A DNA stretch of 63,283 nt, filler included, from Dicyema japonicum (GCA_011109175.1; 7 parts of 7 records of this genome joined end to end with filler, not necessarily neighbours in it); one strand, 5' to 3'. Counted from the whole stretch's first letter, positions 34,380 to 48,606 are shown. Notes: generated by a model not told the origin, from the sequence alone. A program made the numbers and translations.

Positions 34380-35600
34380 TGGGTTGAAGGGAGGAGTTTG
34401 GGAAATACAAGATTGAACCCGGCTAACATGTTCAAGGGCATAATTGAACATATCCTCATATAACTACCGTCACTGGCTGTGATAAAGTTTAGGTTGATAA
34501 TTCGATTTTACAGTTAAAGCGTTCAAGCGTATGACCAAAAGTAAGGTTACTGGTTGAGACGGTTAAATACGAGCCATAAGTATCTGACCTTAACAAAGCG
34601 TTCTTGCTGTCATTTAGACAGTAAAACAAACGCGGGAGAGATATAATTCTATTGTCAAAACAAACTCGTTACTGACTAAGTAACAGGGAGAAACACGAGT
34701 TTGTACCAGATGATGGGGTTCCTATAACGAGACACCATTTGTCTCCTCTTCAAATTATGGACCCCTTACACCAAACAAGACTTATCTTTTCGAGTGGTGC
34801 AATAATTTCCAATGGACCTTACGCGTCTCTCATAATTATGGGGTAATTTAGATTTTAACCAAAGTCCATATGCCAATTTAATAGCACCTCTCCTCCATCT
34901 ATCGAGAAGTCCCACGAGAATACTTCTCTCAACACTAGGGAGATTTTTTGAGTTTATAAATTGAGATTTTAACCTAAAAATTGATAACAATTATATAATA
35001 ATAACACCAGAGACCACGGTTACTGAAACTAACAAATGACGTGATCCCAGCACGCAAGAGGGACCTCATCCAGGTATGGAGAGAACATTACCTAAAAGAC
35101 TTAATGTCTAAAATGAAGAGAATATTCTGTCCTTCATTGCAAAGTGGAACTTGGTCGGGTGGTGAACGGGTGACGTAACTCTGTAAACAAGGACATAGCT
35201 TGATTACACTTAATATCTCATCTCCCCAAGGTTGACATAGTTTCTTATCATCCTCCTTGATATACTGGAGAGACATTTGGTAGGAAGCAACGGCTGCACT
35301 AATTTCAAGGATAAAATCTCGTGGGTCCAAATTGGAGAACTTTGGTATTCTAAAGTTATGTTAAAACAAGTCCACCAAACGACCACTCCATCCATTAACC
35401 TCTTCCAACTGTTGCTACGCTCCTCAACACATCGTCGCTGCTTTTAGCTGCCATTAACCGACTTCAGATCATTGCAAGTCGAATGGTAGGTTGCACGTGG
35501 ACGAACACAATAGTGGCTTCTATCAGACATGAAGTAGTCTTCCACAGCGCTGTTGGCAGGGGTTCCTCCGTTACTATGTGTCATGAAGCTTAAGACTGCC
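34380..35600 (+). mobile_element. Degenerate LINE RT fragment (I/R1-like)
   Basis: Eroded RT-like pieces and thumb-like INRLQIIASRMVGCTWTNTIVASIRHEV; many stops. Confidence 0.4.
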
Positions 35601-35679
35601 TTGGGAGAGCAGGGCAGTTATAAAATTTTCACGGAAAGTAAATTTATTAAAAATCAAGTTTTATTAATAAAAGGTAAAA

Positions 35680-36488
35680 TTAGTGATTTTTGCATAGACT
35701 ATCAAAATCACAATCACGTGTGGATTTCTTAATAATTTTGTGATATTCCACCAATTCATCCCACTTGCAAACAACATGCTCACAAAATGGCATTTTCATA
35801 GCGAATTCATGCAACAACACGACAACACCAAACTCGACATAACTTCCATTCGTATTTAAATTATTTTTTTCTACAATAAAAAAATTAAATAAAAAATAGA
35901 TTAAATAATAAATTCATTAAAAAATAAATGATATTACTTTTCATAAGAAGGAATGCGATATTTCCACTGTAAGGAATAGCGGTTCGAGATAGGAACCGAT
36001 TCTGGATAATTTCCTTAATATTGGAGTTTCTATAGTAACCATTGTCATCGTCAAAAAGGCCGAGAGTGACTGCAGAGGAAAGAGGCCTTCCGCGTGGCCG
36101 AATATGAACAGAGCCTTCTCGCGGTTTTTCCCTTCAACGTGGGACTTTAGGAAGTCGTACATTTTCTCAAACAGATTGCATGCAGTGAGGTAGTTGGCCT
36201 CAAAGCCTTTCCCGCTTTTCCAGAACCTCTGCAAATGTTAACCAGATCTCTTACGCTCAGATCGTGGACTGCCTCCATTACCGCGATTTCATCGGAAAAC
36301 GGAAAAAGATCACAAAATTGGGAGTTTCTGAAGTAAGTCATCTCAGAGAAGCAGTGGTCGTAGAGAAGGACCGCCTCCCCTTAGAATAACGCAAAAACTG
36401 CCAACTTAGGTTCACTGATCTGTTCAGGATCGGTTGAGCCTTCCAAGTATGGGATCGACCAATGAATCTCTTCCAAGAAGGTCAAAGA
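35680..36488 (-). CDS. MINPP1: Multiple inositol polyphosphate phosphatase (histidine phosphatase branch 2), 3' part
   Basis: SQFCDLFP..AVMEAVHDL, QRFWKSGKGFEANYLTACNLF, FIFGHAEGLFPL (FGHAET motif) and IPYSGNIAFLL, then a last exon VVVLLHE..CDFDSLC after an approximately 66-nt intron. Two homopolymer frameshifts; 5' part in gap. Confidence 0.8.
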
Positions 36489-37169
36489 NNNNNNNNNNNN
36501 NNNNNNNNNNNNNNNNNNNNNNNNNNNNNNNNTTAATTAATTAANNNNNNNNNNNNNNNNNNNNNNNNNNNNNNNNNNNNNNNNNNNNTTTTTTTTATAA
36601 AATGTGTAATCGATTTAAGTTACGTATCTTATATAATTTAAGATAACCATTAATACAAAAGAGAAAACCTTACAATTACGGAATCCCGGAATAGCTCACC
36701 AACAACATCATTTTCACTTCTCGTGGCTCGAACTAGTGGCAGATATTCTAGTGAGACGAATGAGCAAACGTTCTCCTTATTAGGATCTTTATGAAGATTG
36801 GCTCTACTAGTGAATACGATAATTTGTTAAAAGTTCCATTACTGAGAACTGGACGTTTCTTATCTTTTTCAGAAGCGTCTTTGATAGTTTATTTCTCCAG
36901 GCGGGACAATCGTAGTTGCTCAACATACTGATTCAACATACTGAATATATAGGTATCGTAGAGTCGAAAGTGAATTAGCTTTTATGTTGTTTTTTTTTTA
37001 AATTTCTTTTTGAAAACTTTTCAAATAGATGATATTATATTATTTTTTTTAAATAATTTTAATTTTTTTATGTTGTTTTTTTTTTAAATTTCTTTTTGAA
37101 AACTTTTCAAATAGATGATATTATATTATTTTTTTTAAATAATTTTAATTTTTAAACAATTAAACAAAT

Positions 37170-40100
37170 GTCAGTTGAGGGAGCCTGCTGCGTGAATTGC
37201 GAACTAGTTTCCTTGGAGTATGGCCAATCCAATCTTTTGTCTAAGGCATAACCTTTCTCGTTGATCCCTTTTGTTTTTGGCAAGCATTCCTCCGAGTTCT
37301 CGCAAAAACTCAGCCGTCATTGGACCAACGGCTCCCGATGATTCAGTAGCAACAGGAGTAAATCGGTAGCGATCCCCGAGGCAAGAATATTTCTTGATTT
37401 TTAGGTTCTCCGAAGTCGAAGCAGCTGCTCCAGGTGTTTGAACCGATTTGTAAACATTCGTGCTTGAGAACGTGTTTACACAAGTTACGTTCCAGACCAA
37501 AGATCTTCCAGACGTGAAGGGGAAAAGGGTCATCCCGTCAGGTCACTTTCCATTTTCTCGATCAAGACCTACTGGTTCAAGCTGTGTTGGGAGGCCTGTA
37601 GCTTTCAGAGCTATGACGATCACATCGTTCAGAGCAGCATGACGTGGTCCTCTTCCGGCGCTTCTTCTGCAGGACAACGGTGCAATCCCATAACATCTAC
37701 TGTTTTCTCGCATCGGCATTGGTGCTCTTGGCAAACGTCTAGTCCCAGTCTTTTATCCGATTCCAATCCTCAAAGAATCGTCGTCCAAAAGGTCCCGAGG
37801 TTTGGGCATGGTATTGCACCAAGCCATGCTCAACTCCTTCCACTTAAAGCTGACACCAAACAAGCCAGACAAGGTTGATTTGCTTCTTTTTTAAGGTCTT
37901 CCAAAATTTTGGAGCAGCCAATGTTATCCCAATTACTTTGCTTTGTTGTGTCTTCGGGGTTTTGAGTCCGGACCCGTTACATTTCTGACAAGCTTCGTCA
38001 AATGACTCATTGCAGCGAAGTCCAATAGTGTTGTGAAGACTTGCCGTGTCAAATGGCTGCAGCTTGAGAGAGACGATAGATATGCCGGGTCTGCAACAAC
38101 CAGCGCCGATCTTAAACCGACACCCCCAAATCCAGAGGAAAGTTTACCTTGCTTCCAACCAAGTTCGTCGAAGCGGACGTCAATTAGTGACTCAACAGTT
38201 TGTTTGAAAAATTTGTCTATCGAAAGTAGAGTGTCGTATTGTTCGTAGCAGGGTGAACATCAAAGTAGATATAAAAGCTTGGGTAGTCCGATGTTGTCAG
38301 GAAAAAGGGTGTGTGAGAGTGGAGACAATCTTTTCGCGAGGTGTGTTTATTTTTTATTTTTGAAATGTAGATGGTTCTTGAGTTCTTCTTNCAGAGGAAA
38401 GTTTACCTTGCTTCCAACCAAGTTCGTCGAAGCGGACGTCAATTAGTGACTCAACAGTTTGTTTGAAAGATTTGTCTGTCGAAAGTAGAGTGTCGTATTG
38501 TTCGTAGCAAGGTGAACATCAAAGTAGATATAAAAGCTTGGGTAGTCCGATGTTGTCAGGAAAAAGGGTGTGTGAGAGTGGAGATAATCTTTTCGCGAGG
38601 TGTGTTTATTTTTTATTTTTGAAATGTAGATGGTTCTTGAGTTCTTCTTGGCTGAGTGGGCATACGAGAAAATAAATTTATCAACTTGCACAGACGGGAT
38701 CCCAGGAGGCAGTTCGTTAAAAGACTCCTTAATAAAGAAGTCGGTGTATTGATATGAGACATTTATTAGCTTTTATTTGTCAAAAGCCCAAGTGTTTTAA
38801 AGCGGATAACGCTTTACGAAATGAATTGTATGTTTCCTTAAATGATCCTCCAATTATGGCATCATCGAGGTACCAGAGATTTAGCTGATCATCAATTGAT
38901 CTCACAACATCATCAATGGTCAGGGCAAATAAAAGAGGTCCGAGCGGATCTCCTTGTTGGACCCCCGTTTTTGATTTAATAATTTCATTTTTAAAAACCA
39001 GAGATGTATCGTCCCCATTAGATAATTTGAAAAAAGGGAAAAGCTGGAGCCTTCTTCTAACACGTTTCCATAATTTTATCTTATCTAAGAGAATTTAATG
39101 CATTCGTTATCTCCAACTTGATTTCAATGCATTCTTTTGAAACATTTTTATGTGTGAAGCATGAACCGTGCTGCATGAACCGTAGTCTCACATCCGTTCT
39201 AAATACTAACACCCATTTGTTAAAAAAACTCCTTTTTAAGTTGTAGGCTCACCAGGGTTGATGCTAGCTTTACTGTAAGTCTTCTGAAATAGGTTCCGAC
39301 CGCAATGGGGCGGATTCCTCCATTGAGTTTTTTGAAAGCAAGTAGCCTTGCGGAGAAGAGCAATTCTATGGCATACTCTGAGATGTCTCCGTTAACCATT
39401 TTTCTGATTAGACCCGTAATTGATTTGACAAGACAGCGTCCAGCATCCAAGGTGTAAGAAGACGTAACGTCCTTAATATGGCCAGGACGTAACCCTTTCA
39501 AGCCTCCATTGCTGCTAGTGGCAAACGAAGTTATTCCGTGGCGCACTTCGTAGTCTGTAATGATAATCTCCGGGGATCCTTCGAGATTCAATAACTTTTC
39601 ATAGTCAGTCATGCATCTGGGTGCTTCAGTATTAAGGTATTTAGGACCTCGGGGGTACAAGACAATACTGTATCATCGGACGTGACAACCCGTAAGGCTG
39701 CCCGCACGTCTCCCTCCAGAAGTTTCCGGTATACTCTCATTTTTAGTTTATTTGGAGCATCTTTGGTGTATGCTCCTCTGGTTTCGACCTCATTGACATT
39801 AAGTGACTGTTCAAGTATTGAGTGTATGTTATGATAGCTAAAATTCATTATGTTTCGATTCAGTTTTCCGCATTTGTTGAGTCTGACTTTATTACTATCC
39901 TCAGATTCCTTTGTAGGTATTCCGAGTGCGACAGGTGCAAAGCATATAAGTTTTAGCCAGGATTCCCTACTGTCAGAAGATAATGCGTGATCAATGGCAT
40001 TTGAAAGATACGTTGCTGCTGCAATTAGTACTCCTTTAGGGATTTTTACAGGAATCTTCATGGCTTTCCGGAAGTTCGAGATCTTCAAGAGAGTGTGGTC

Positions 40101-40410
40101 TGTATGTGGCAGTGTAAAGTTTGGCTGAGCTATTTTTTCCCGCCTGGGGGCCTCCATTCCAATACAAGAGGGACACAGCCAACTCGACAGCGTATTGGCA
40201 GAAGCTTTACTCATTTCAATGCATCCCAAATGGACGAATGATTCACATAGCGTGCAGTTGATTCCAAATTTCCTTTTATTCGATTGTCCGAATAAAAGAC
40301 ATACCTGATTTGTCCCTACTAGCTTTGTTCCTCGTATTTCGTCTTCTTTTTGTTCTTTATTTCCCAATAAATAAAAAAAATAAATAAATCTGAGATTATC
40401 GTTGATCACA
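37170..40410 (-). mobile_element. Near-full-length decayed CRE-like retrotransposon, second subfamily (PHD - RT - RLE)
   Basis: PHD-like CTLCESFVHLGC..WLCPSC (39609-40409); RT GGIRPIAVG, GVQQGDPLGPLLF, WYLDDA; [28 protein letters not shown]. Contains an approximately 245-bp duplication around N38391. Confidence 0.88.
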
Positions 40411-41622
40411 TTACACCACCTGTTAATTTTAAATATATCAATTTATTTTTTATTATATTATATTATTTGCAGTTTTCCAGATATGGCAATGATAAAGAGA
40501 TAAAATTATCATTGTTAATTATTGATTTTTACAATGGAGGAGTTATGATTACAGGCACTAATACTGCCATACTAAAACCTAGAAAAAGTGTTTTTAAGAC
40601 CCGAGAACTACTATGTTAGATGTCATAATCCTGGAGAATCTTTAANGAGGGGGTACATACATTCTCAATACATTGTAGTATCAATGTTTGGTAAAATTGA
40701 AATTATAATGTATTCAGAGTGATAGGGAAAGCGCATATGTACTTTTTCCTTTAAAGAAGACACATTGTATTACAAAATTTGAAATAGTAATCAGATTAAA
40801 AGAGTCATTTGAATTAGACTCGAATAACACGCACAATAAATTAATTAAGAAAAAATTAATAATGAATTTTTATTTTTCAACTTTAATAAAAATAATTCTA
40901 TCTATTTTTAAGTTTAAATTTCATGGGAGCTCGTAGATTTACGTGGGACTTGTTAAATTGGCTTTTCTAATAGCAATTAACTTTTCCGACTTAAAGGTAA
41001 CTTATACAAGGTACTTTCTTACTTCATTTCTTGTTAGATATCGTGTCTACCTATAAACTGAGTTCATATAATTCTCAGGATATTTTCTGATAAGTCTTAA
41101 ACTTTTCAGTGACCTTTTTGATCAAACACGGCTTTATAGTAGTAACAATTTATCTTTTTTATTTAAACACAAAAACTACCAAGAAAGAAAAGTTAAACCC
41201 ACTAATTGGATAATCTCAGTCTCCAACATCTCCCGAGTTCTTTTTGAATGTTTCATCTGTAACTGCCCTCTGGAAGTTTTTTCTTTTTTGTCTGCAGAGG
41301 AATTCTATTGGGGAGCACTTTTTATGGTAGATCAGAATTCTTCTGGATGAGCCACCATTTCTCTGAAACGTTTTCCTAACTCCTTACAGAATCAAAAGAA
41401 TCCCTGCCCAATTCTCAGCGTCCCTTTTTAGAAAAGAGACTGGTGATGAATGAACTCTTTGCTTGCATGAGCCATAACAATTGACAAATATTTTATTTTA
41501 AATTTCTAAGCATTAAAACAAAAAATTAATAAAAAGTTTGACTTTATCGACCTTAAAATTAAATATTAACGGAACTTTACACTACAAATTTTTTTGATTT
41601 TTTACCACATGGCACAAGAGTT

Positions 41623-42286
41623 AGTGTGGTGCTATGTGGCTACATGAATTAAAGATTACTTGTTTGATTCTTCTGTTCCTCCTCTTTTCCATTGGCTCCA
41701 GGTAGCTTCAATTGCTATCGTGAGTCATGTGGTTCACCATCTCTGGTGTCGCCAGATTTCCATAAATAACCATTAGTCAACAACCACCTAAAGGAGTTCC
41801 CCCTGCACGGGATCTTCCTCAAGTCCAAGCATGCAAAGACTGCTGAGGGTGACCGGGATCACCTGAATTTTTTATTCTGGCTATGACACTGTTTTTTGGT
41901 TTAATAATTTGACCATATAACTTTCAATTTTAATTTTATTTTTGACTAAAAACCACAATTTTAGAAGTTTTAAATAATCTAGCCAACATATGAATTTTTA
42001 ATTTCATAAGAAAAAATCTCCCTATTCATAGACTTATCCACGTTGTTTATATGCATGATTAGAACGTTACCATGAGGCAATTCAATTCATAACAGGTGAA
42101 AAAAGTCCAATCATTTCAGTTGTGAGAGCCTCTCCAGTGTAGTGGAAGAAATCCTTTTTTGCCATTCTGGAACTGAGTGCTACCTGAGACAGGTAGATCA
42201 CACAATGCAATTCTATTAAAAAGGAAAAGGAGCAACAGAAAAAACAAACAAAAATCTTTAATCAAGTAGCCACATAGCACACCACT
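41623..42286. repeat. Pair of about 65-bp imperfect inverted repeats (41623-41690, 42223-42286)
   Basis: Shared core GTGCTATGTGGCTAC..ATTAAAGATT..TTGTTTG..TTCTGTT.CTCCT in opposite orientations; no TSD seen. Confidence 0.6.
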
Positions 42287-42494
42287 GACGTTGGCGTCAT
42301 GCGACTACAGCTGTTGATATCTGTAGAAACGGCGTGGAATTACAAGCTAATTAGAAATTAAAAGAATAAAATAAATTTTGTCTACTACAGTTGATCTCTG
42401 AATTTCTTTTTCCTTGAATAAGTTCCTCTGTATGGGCCACTTTTTCCTTGAATTAGTTTCCCAGTTCCTTGCAGAAACGTAGGAAACCCTGGCC

Positions 42495-43000
42495 ATTTTT
42501 CAACGTTGCCTTATCAGAAACGAGATCGTCAATGGGATGTCCGTGCGATACATAATTCTTTTCCTGAGGGAGTTCAAACGGTCCACTCTCGAAAGGGGAA
42601 TCGCAAACCTCCAGGCGGAGCAGGCATATTCAATGGTCGGTATGATTACTTGTTGATAGACCTTGCTGATGCAGTCGGCCGGGGGGAGAAGGCTTTTCTT
42701 TATCATCGCATTCAGAATGTTCCATTTCCGAAGACCCTTGGCAAGCACTACCTCCACGTGACTCGTGAACGTCAACAGAGGATCTTTTGGGTCCGCGTAG
42801 TAGGGATGGGAGTGTTTTCGATAGATATCTCAAGCCCACCTTTAAACCTTCTGACCGTAGTGAATAATGTGAACTGAGACTTGGATGCTAATAAGCATAG
42901 CGTATTTGCAGATAGCAGGTGTGTCTGAACAGTTGCTACAGTTATGGAAGAAAATTTATTTCTTGCAGCGATAATTAGATCGTCCGCATTCTTGATTTTT
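42495..43000 (-). mobile_element. LINE RT C-terminal fragment (APE-type clade)
   Basis: (Y)ADDLIIAA, TFTSHVEVVLAK and YQQVIIPTIEYACSAW thumb motifs. Confidence 0.75.
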
Positions 43001-43954
43001 GTTATTGGATTTTAAAATATATCTATAAATTTTAATAATTCATAGATATATTCATAAATTTTTCATTGTTTTTTTATAAATATATGAATTTAACAAATGC
43101 GTCTAGTGAGATTATGTCAAGAAAAATTAAATTAAATTTGCAACAATTTAAACCTAGAATGAAACATTAGATCACTTGACGTATTTCAGCATAAAAAACT
43201 CTCTAAAAATGTATTTTTGACGAGGAAATGGACTATATTTGAAGTATTATTGAATTTTTGGGATCTGTTAGGGACAGTTATCTCAAAATGTTTATTTTCT
43301 CAAGTATTTTTTGTTTTTTATTTCCACAGAAAAGAAATTAATTCATATGTCACCGATCTTAGTCAAAAGGCCATGGATCGCTATATTGCTGACTTTTTAG
43401 ACCTAAGGAGATACTCAGAAATGAATGATGGATATTCGTTGTATGATTTTCAATCATTAAAGTGTGATATATATACAGAAAGTTTTAATAACTAATCATT
43501 GCTTATTGTATCGGGTGCTCGATAATCTTGCACTCCCTTTCATGATTCTAGATTTTGAGAATTATTCGTACACGAAATGGAAAATTAAGTTGAATTTTAA
43601 TCACAGAAATTCGGGAAATCATGATAAAAAAAAGGATACTGCAGGGTGACTAGGTTGGTCTTTTTAATATTTTAAAGCCGCTGGAATTTAACGCAACGTA
43701 TTAAATTTTCTACTAATGTGCTTAGCCATGGGATCTGAAGTTAATTTCTTGAAGGAATGGATGAAAATCCATACCTTTGTGTGTTAGAGGATATAAATGG
43801 AACATTTTTTGAAAACCAAGTGAAGTCAATATATAATGCTGTTAAAAAGAGGATCGACAGCCTGGGAAATGCAAGATCTAACTCGGTCATAAATGAACAT
43901 GCTTCAATTGAGCTCTTAGGTACTTCACGGCAAAGTGTGGTTGTATGTTAAACG

Positions 43955-44060
43955 GGACTACCTTGGAAGGATCAGGTGGTTAAATGCATGGATCTTTGCA
44001 TGTGTCGTCAATATGGAAAAAAGAAGACTAAAAGACTAAAGACAAACTCCGTGTATTTAT
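43955..44060 (+). mobile_element. Short R4-like retroelement fragment
   Basis: DQVVKCMDLCMCRQYGKKKTKRLKT is homologous to the NEVVRCIHLHLCRQYGIRKTKRLKT segment of 25600-26760. Confidence 0.65.
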
Positions 44061-44889
44061 TGTTGCTTATAAGTCAGAGATCGGATTATACATTCGTCAG
44101 AGATCGGATGATGGAGTCTGCTGGATACTTATCCATGTAGAAAATTTGTATTTGATAGAGAAGACGAAAAATGGCCTCACGGAATTACAAGTTTTCTGTT
44201 TGTTTTGTTGATCCTCCTCTTCCTTTCCTACAATAGTGGCGTTATGTTATTCACCCGGCGCCCAGTGCCAGGCTGGCAAAAAAAGAATCACTTTCTCTCT
44301 CCCACTCTATAGGAACGGTTTCCAAAACTTTAAAAATGATTCTTTTACGACTTATGCTGTGTCCGGATGGATTTGTATGATGTTGAAGCACTCTGTCTCT
44401 GTAACAGTGGAAACTGGATACACTTAATTAGTTGTTTACTGTTGACTTTCTCAGTATCCGAGGTTAATTAAATAAATTGATTATTAACAGAATTTTAAGC
44501 GTGATAAATTATTTAAGCAAAGTTACAAGATTTAATTTTTACATCTTTCTTTAAAATCTTTTTTAATAAAAATAAAATCAAGATAAGAAAATTAGAATAT
44601 TTATGGAAATACAGTCATATTGGTCTGTATTAAGATTCATTTATTTCTTAAAAGATGTCGGTATAAATTCATAACTGACTGAAAATGAAAAGGCAAGAAA
44701 TCCTATATAAATGGGTGCCACTTAAGTTTATGATGTTTTTCGTTCTCTGAAGTGCTAAATTTCTCCATAAATGTGCAATAAATATAAGTTTTGAGATGTC
44801 ATAAAAAATACGGAACTTGCTTTCGCAATGCTTTTTAATTAAACAGTGTTATCCGTACCTCTCTGCTAGTCAAGCACAATTAATCGGAC

Positions 44890-45320
44890 ATTATGCTACA
44901 CGATAAAGAGTCTGGCCAAGTCTTTATCATAGAGATTGGCATCACTTCTCAAGACCGTTTGCAGACTGTGGAAGTGGAGAAAAAAAAGGAACTATGAGTT
45001 GCTTGCAAACTAGATTGGGCAGATGCTTGGTTGCAGGTCCTCGTTATTCTTATAGTAATGACGTAGGAAGGAATTGCAAGAAAATACCACAAGGGTTATC
45101 TGAAGCAGTTGGGGGTAGATAGGAAGCTCCAGGCCTATCTACAGTTCACTGTATTAAAACGGACCCTAGAAAGTCTGACAATGGAGTATAGGAGGCATGG
45201 CCCAGAGATGCCACATGGGCAGAAGGCTCAATTGGACAAGGCGCTCTCGGAGTTGTTTCAGCGACCAGAATCGAACCTGCCTGAGGAGGCTGGCGAACAG
45301 GCAGGCGAGGAAGGTTGTTG
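44890..45320 (+). mobile_element. R4-like retroelement 3' fragment
   Basis: HDKESGQVFIIEIGITSQDRLQTVEVEK..YELLAN and AYLQFTVLKRTLES. Confidence 0.8.
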
Positions 45321-47559
45321 ATTATTAAATATTAACTTTTTATTGTTGATTAAATAATGTGGGTTAATAATAATTGATTGATTAAATTTTAATTAAAATG
45401 ACAGTCGATGACAATAGTCAAAGGTAACGTCTATGGCTTAGTAACTGCTGTGCCTCGCTTGTCGATCCATTGAAGAGCTGTCAATGAACTATATTCCGAC
45501 TTAAGTGAGATGTGGCGATTTCGGAAAAAGGCCAATTTACATCAGCATCAATTTGTCAGGGGATGTTGAGGATTAAAGGTTTTCCAGGTTTGCCGATATG
45601 AAGTCCACTATATAGTCGGTAATTTATTTTTTAAAAATTAATAAAATTTTTAATTATCTAAAAAATAAATAGATAATAGCAGTTGAATTATATACGTTTT
45701 TATTCTTCTGTTGGCATTGGAGGCATTTTGAATAAATCTAATAAAGAAACAATATTCAAAAAAACGTATTACAATCTACAATCTCTTTTGATGTATCATT
45801 GCATAGTCTAATCTCCTAGTGGATATTATATCGTGAACGTAGACACCTTGACCAAATAACTCTAACTTGAGTGAAAGAGTACAACTGGTTCAGGACATAA
45901 CATGCCTTCTAATTGTCATAACCTTCACATTACTCCCGATAAGGCTAACGTTTGGGCAACTTGTTGTATTCTTTCTCATCTTCAGATATTTACTAACCAA
46001 TTGGGAAATCTACTACCTTATGGAATGGTCTTTAAATTTGAACGAGATGTAGACAAAGGTTCAACTATATTTATATTCAAGTCTTTTTAACTAATGGCTG
46101 ACCGATTTGTTGAATTCTACTCTGGGAATAGACTGTTTCACAGAATGCGAACACCACATCAGGATATGAATTTTCAATTATCCACGCGGATAGGAATTGT
46201 TGATTCAATCCTGTTCTTCTGATATTTACCGCCTAAATCTACTTCGGTCACTTATTTATCATATGCTATCTCTAAAATGTGAGGACTTCAAATCCAACGG
46301 GATTTTTGGATTAGTCTAAGGTTTTTGATCATTTTATTATAAGGGAGAGACCGTGTGTAATATAGAGCGAGATACCCTATATAGCTGCTTCATTTGGTAC
46401 CTCAACTCTGGAATCCTCTTGTTGAGTTAAGATCAGCTGGATATTGGATTTTATTTGTTTCAGCAATATATTTTGGTGTTTACTAGACTTTTGTACCAAC
46501 AACCAAGTAGTGGTTCTATTTTAATTAAATTATGGTCAGAGTTCTCTGTCAAGGATAATTAAAGTACTCCTTGTCTTAATTCAAGTATACGACGATTATA
46601 AGTTTATGACTCGCATCGATTTACACTCTTGGGTCTTATCATAGTGACGGAATCTCAAGGTGTACATCACGGATATTGATAACCACTCAGTTGTACTCTA
46701 AGGATGTTAATGACATAATTTTCAGCTGTGTTCTGTCCCTCAAGTTGATAATGTAGAGGAAATGGTTTAGGAAAATAACGAAGGAGAATCCTAAAGAGCT
46801 GTTTGTGTTTGTCAACAGTGACATTGTTGAGTGAATAGAAGATCAAGGGAACGTGTCTTCTGATATTTTGGTTGTGAGTTTAAGTTATTAAAGTGTACCA
46901 GGATTACCATTTCTCTATTCGTTACTAACCCCGATATGACGATTAAACGAAATAATCGAGAGTATGCTATTCACGACAAACTACATTCTAAAATTTCCAT
47001 GCTCCCCGAGGTATATTATTCTTTTATTCTAAGGCTAATGAAGGGGATGTCCTAATTTAAGATGAAGAGCAGAGGAAGAGGTACAGGAGGACGTGAACAA
47101 ACTTGGGATGAAGAGTCTGAAACAGTTTCTGAATCGAAAGCAGTTCTTAAGTTCATCTTGATGATGTGACTGGTGCAAATTCAATTGAGTCTAAGTCCGA
47201 AATTATAGAGAAACAGCTTTAGAATGTAAATGGGGTTGTTTGCACAAAAGTTGAGTGAGGATTGACGAATACATTTACGATGTTGGACGATCATATTGCG
47301 ATGGTAATTTCATTAAACAATACCTGTAAACACAGCAAAAATTATTTGTCCAGACATCGCCTATTTGTTTAAAGTTAAATCATTAACCAGAAACACTGCT
47401 GCAGAACACATTTATGAAATGTCTTTGAAATGAAAAACCATTTAAACTCTGAATTGTTAAATTTGATTGTTTTTCAATTGCGATCTATAAAACAGTCGAG
47501 GTGGTTGGACTTGCCAAATTACCATTTTTTGTCTGTGATTCAGATTTTAGTATTTATGA

Positions 47560-47840
47560 TGATTTTCTCGAACTGGTACCAATGCAGTATACAACTAAAA
47601 GTAATGACATCTTTGTTGAACTAATATAAATTTTCTTGGATTATGGGATTGATTTGAAAAAGCTTGTATGTTTGTGCACCGATGGTAATCCGAATATGTT
47701 GGACGACATGCTGGTGTGCAGCTAAATTACGATCTGAAATTGAAAAATTAAATCGCGGGACATCATTGCTCACTTTCATTGCATTATTACCAGTTAAATT
47801 CGAGCTATATGAAAAACATCAGATTTTGAGTCATTTCGTT
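47560..47840 (+). mobile_element. hAT (SPIN/GTF2IRD2-like) transposase fragment
   Basis: LVPMQYTTKSNDIF..LKKLVCLCTDGNPNM..FHCII. Confidence 0.7.
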
Positions 47841-47889
47841 CCCAGACTATGAGTGTTCTACCGAGAAATAATTAACAATTTTATTATTT

Positions 47890-48606
47890 CATTGATAATT
47901 AATTTTTTCAAACAATTATACAAATGTCAGTTGAGGAAGTCTGCTGCGTGGATTGCGAACGTGTTCCTTCGGAGTATGGCTATTCCAATCTTTTTTCTTA
48001 GCCATAACCCTTCTCGTTGATCACTTTTCTTTCTGGCAAGCAATTCTCAGAGTTCTCGCAAGAACTCAGCCGTCATTGGACTAACAGCTCCCGATGATTC
48101 GGTCGCAACAAGAGTAAATCGGTAGCGATCTCCGAGGCAAGAATATTTCTTGATTTTTAGGTTCTCCCCAGTCGAAGCAGCTGCTCCAGGTGTCTGAACC
48201 GATTTGAAAATAATCGTGCTAAGAACGTGTCTACACAAGTTGCGTCCCAGACCAAAGATCTTCCAGACGTGAAGGGGAAACGGGTCATCCAGTCAAGTCT
48301 CTTTTCATCTCCTCGATCAGGACCAATTGGTTCAAGCTGTGCTGGAAAGCCTGTAGCCTTCATAGCTTTGACGATCACATCGTTCAGAACAGCATGACGT
48401 GGTCCCCTTCCGGCGCTTCTTCGCAGGACAGTGGGTGCAATCCCTTCGCATCGACTGTTTTCCCGCATCGGTGCTCCTAGCAAACGTCTAGTCCCAGCCT
48501 TTGTCGTTTCCAATCCTCAAAAAATCGTCGTCCAAAAATGTCCCGAGGTTTGGGCAAGGTATTGCTCCACTCCCTCTACTTGAAGCTGAATTTTATTAAC
48601 TACTTG
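47890..48606 (-). mobile_element. 5'-truncated CRE-like copy, close relative of the 37170 subfamily
   Basis: High by-eye nucleotide similarity to 37180-37840; RLE motifs; candidate 13-bp TSD AATTTTATTATTT (47877-47889, 48607-48619). Confidence 0.85.

Noticed and set aside
1-36488. IPMK and MINPP1 as an inositol-phosphate gene cluster
   Set aside because: About 35 kb apart and separated by two artificial spacers; linkage unsupported.
45850-47430. Possible LTR-retrotransposon or gene remnant
   Set aside because: Coding-like composition, but no gag, protease, RT or integrase motif could be read in any frame.
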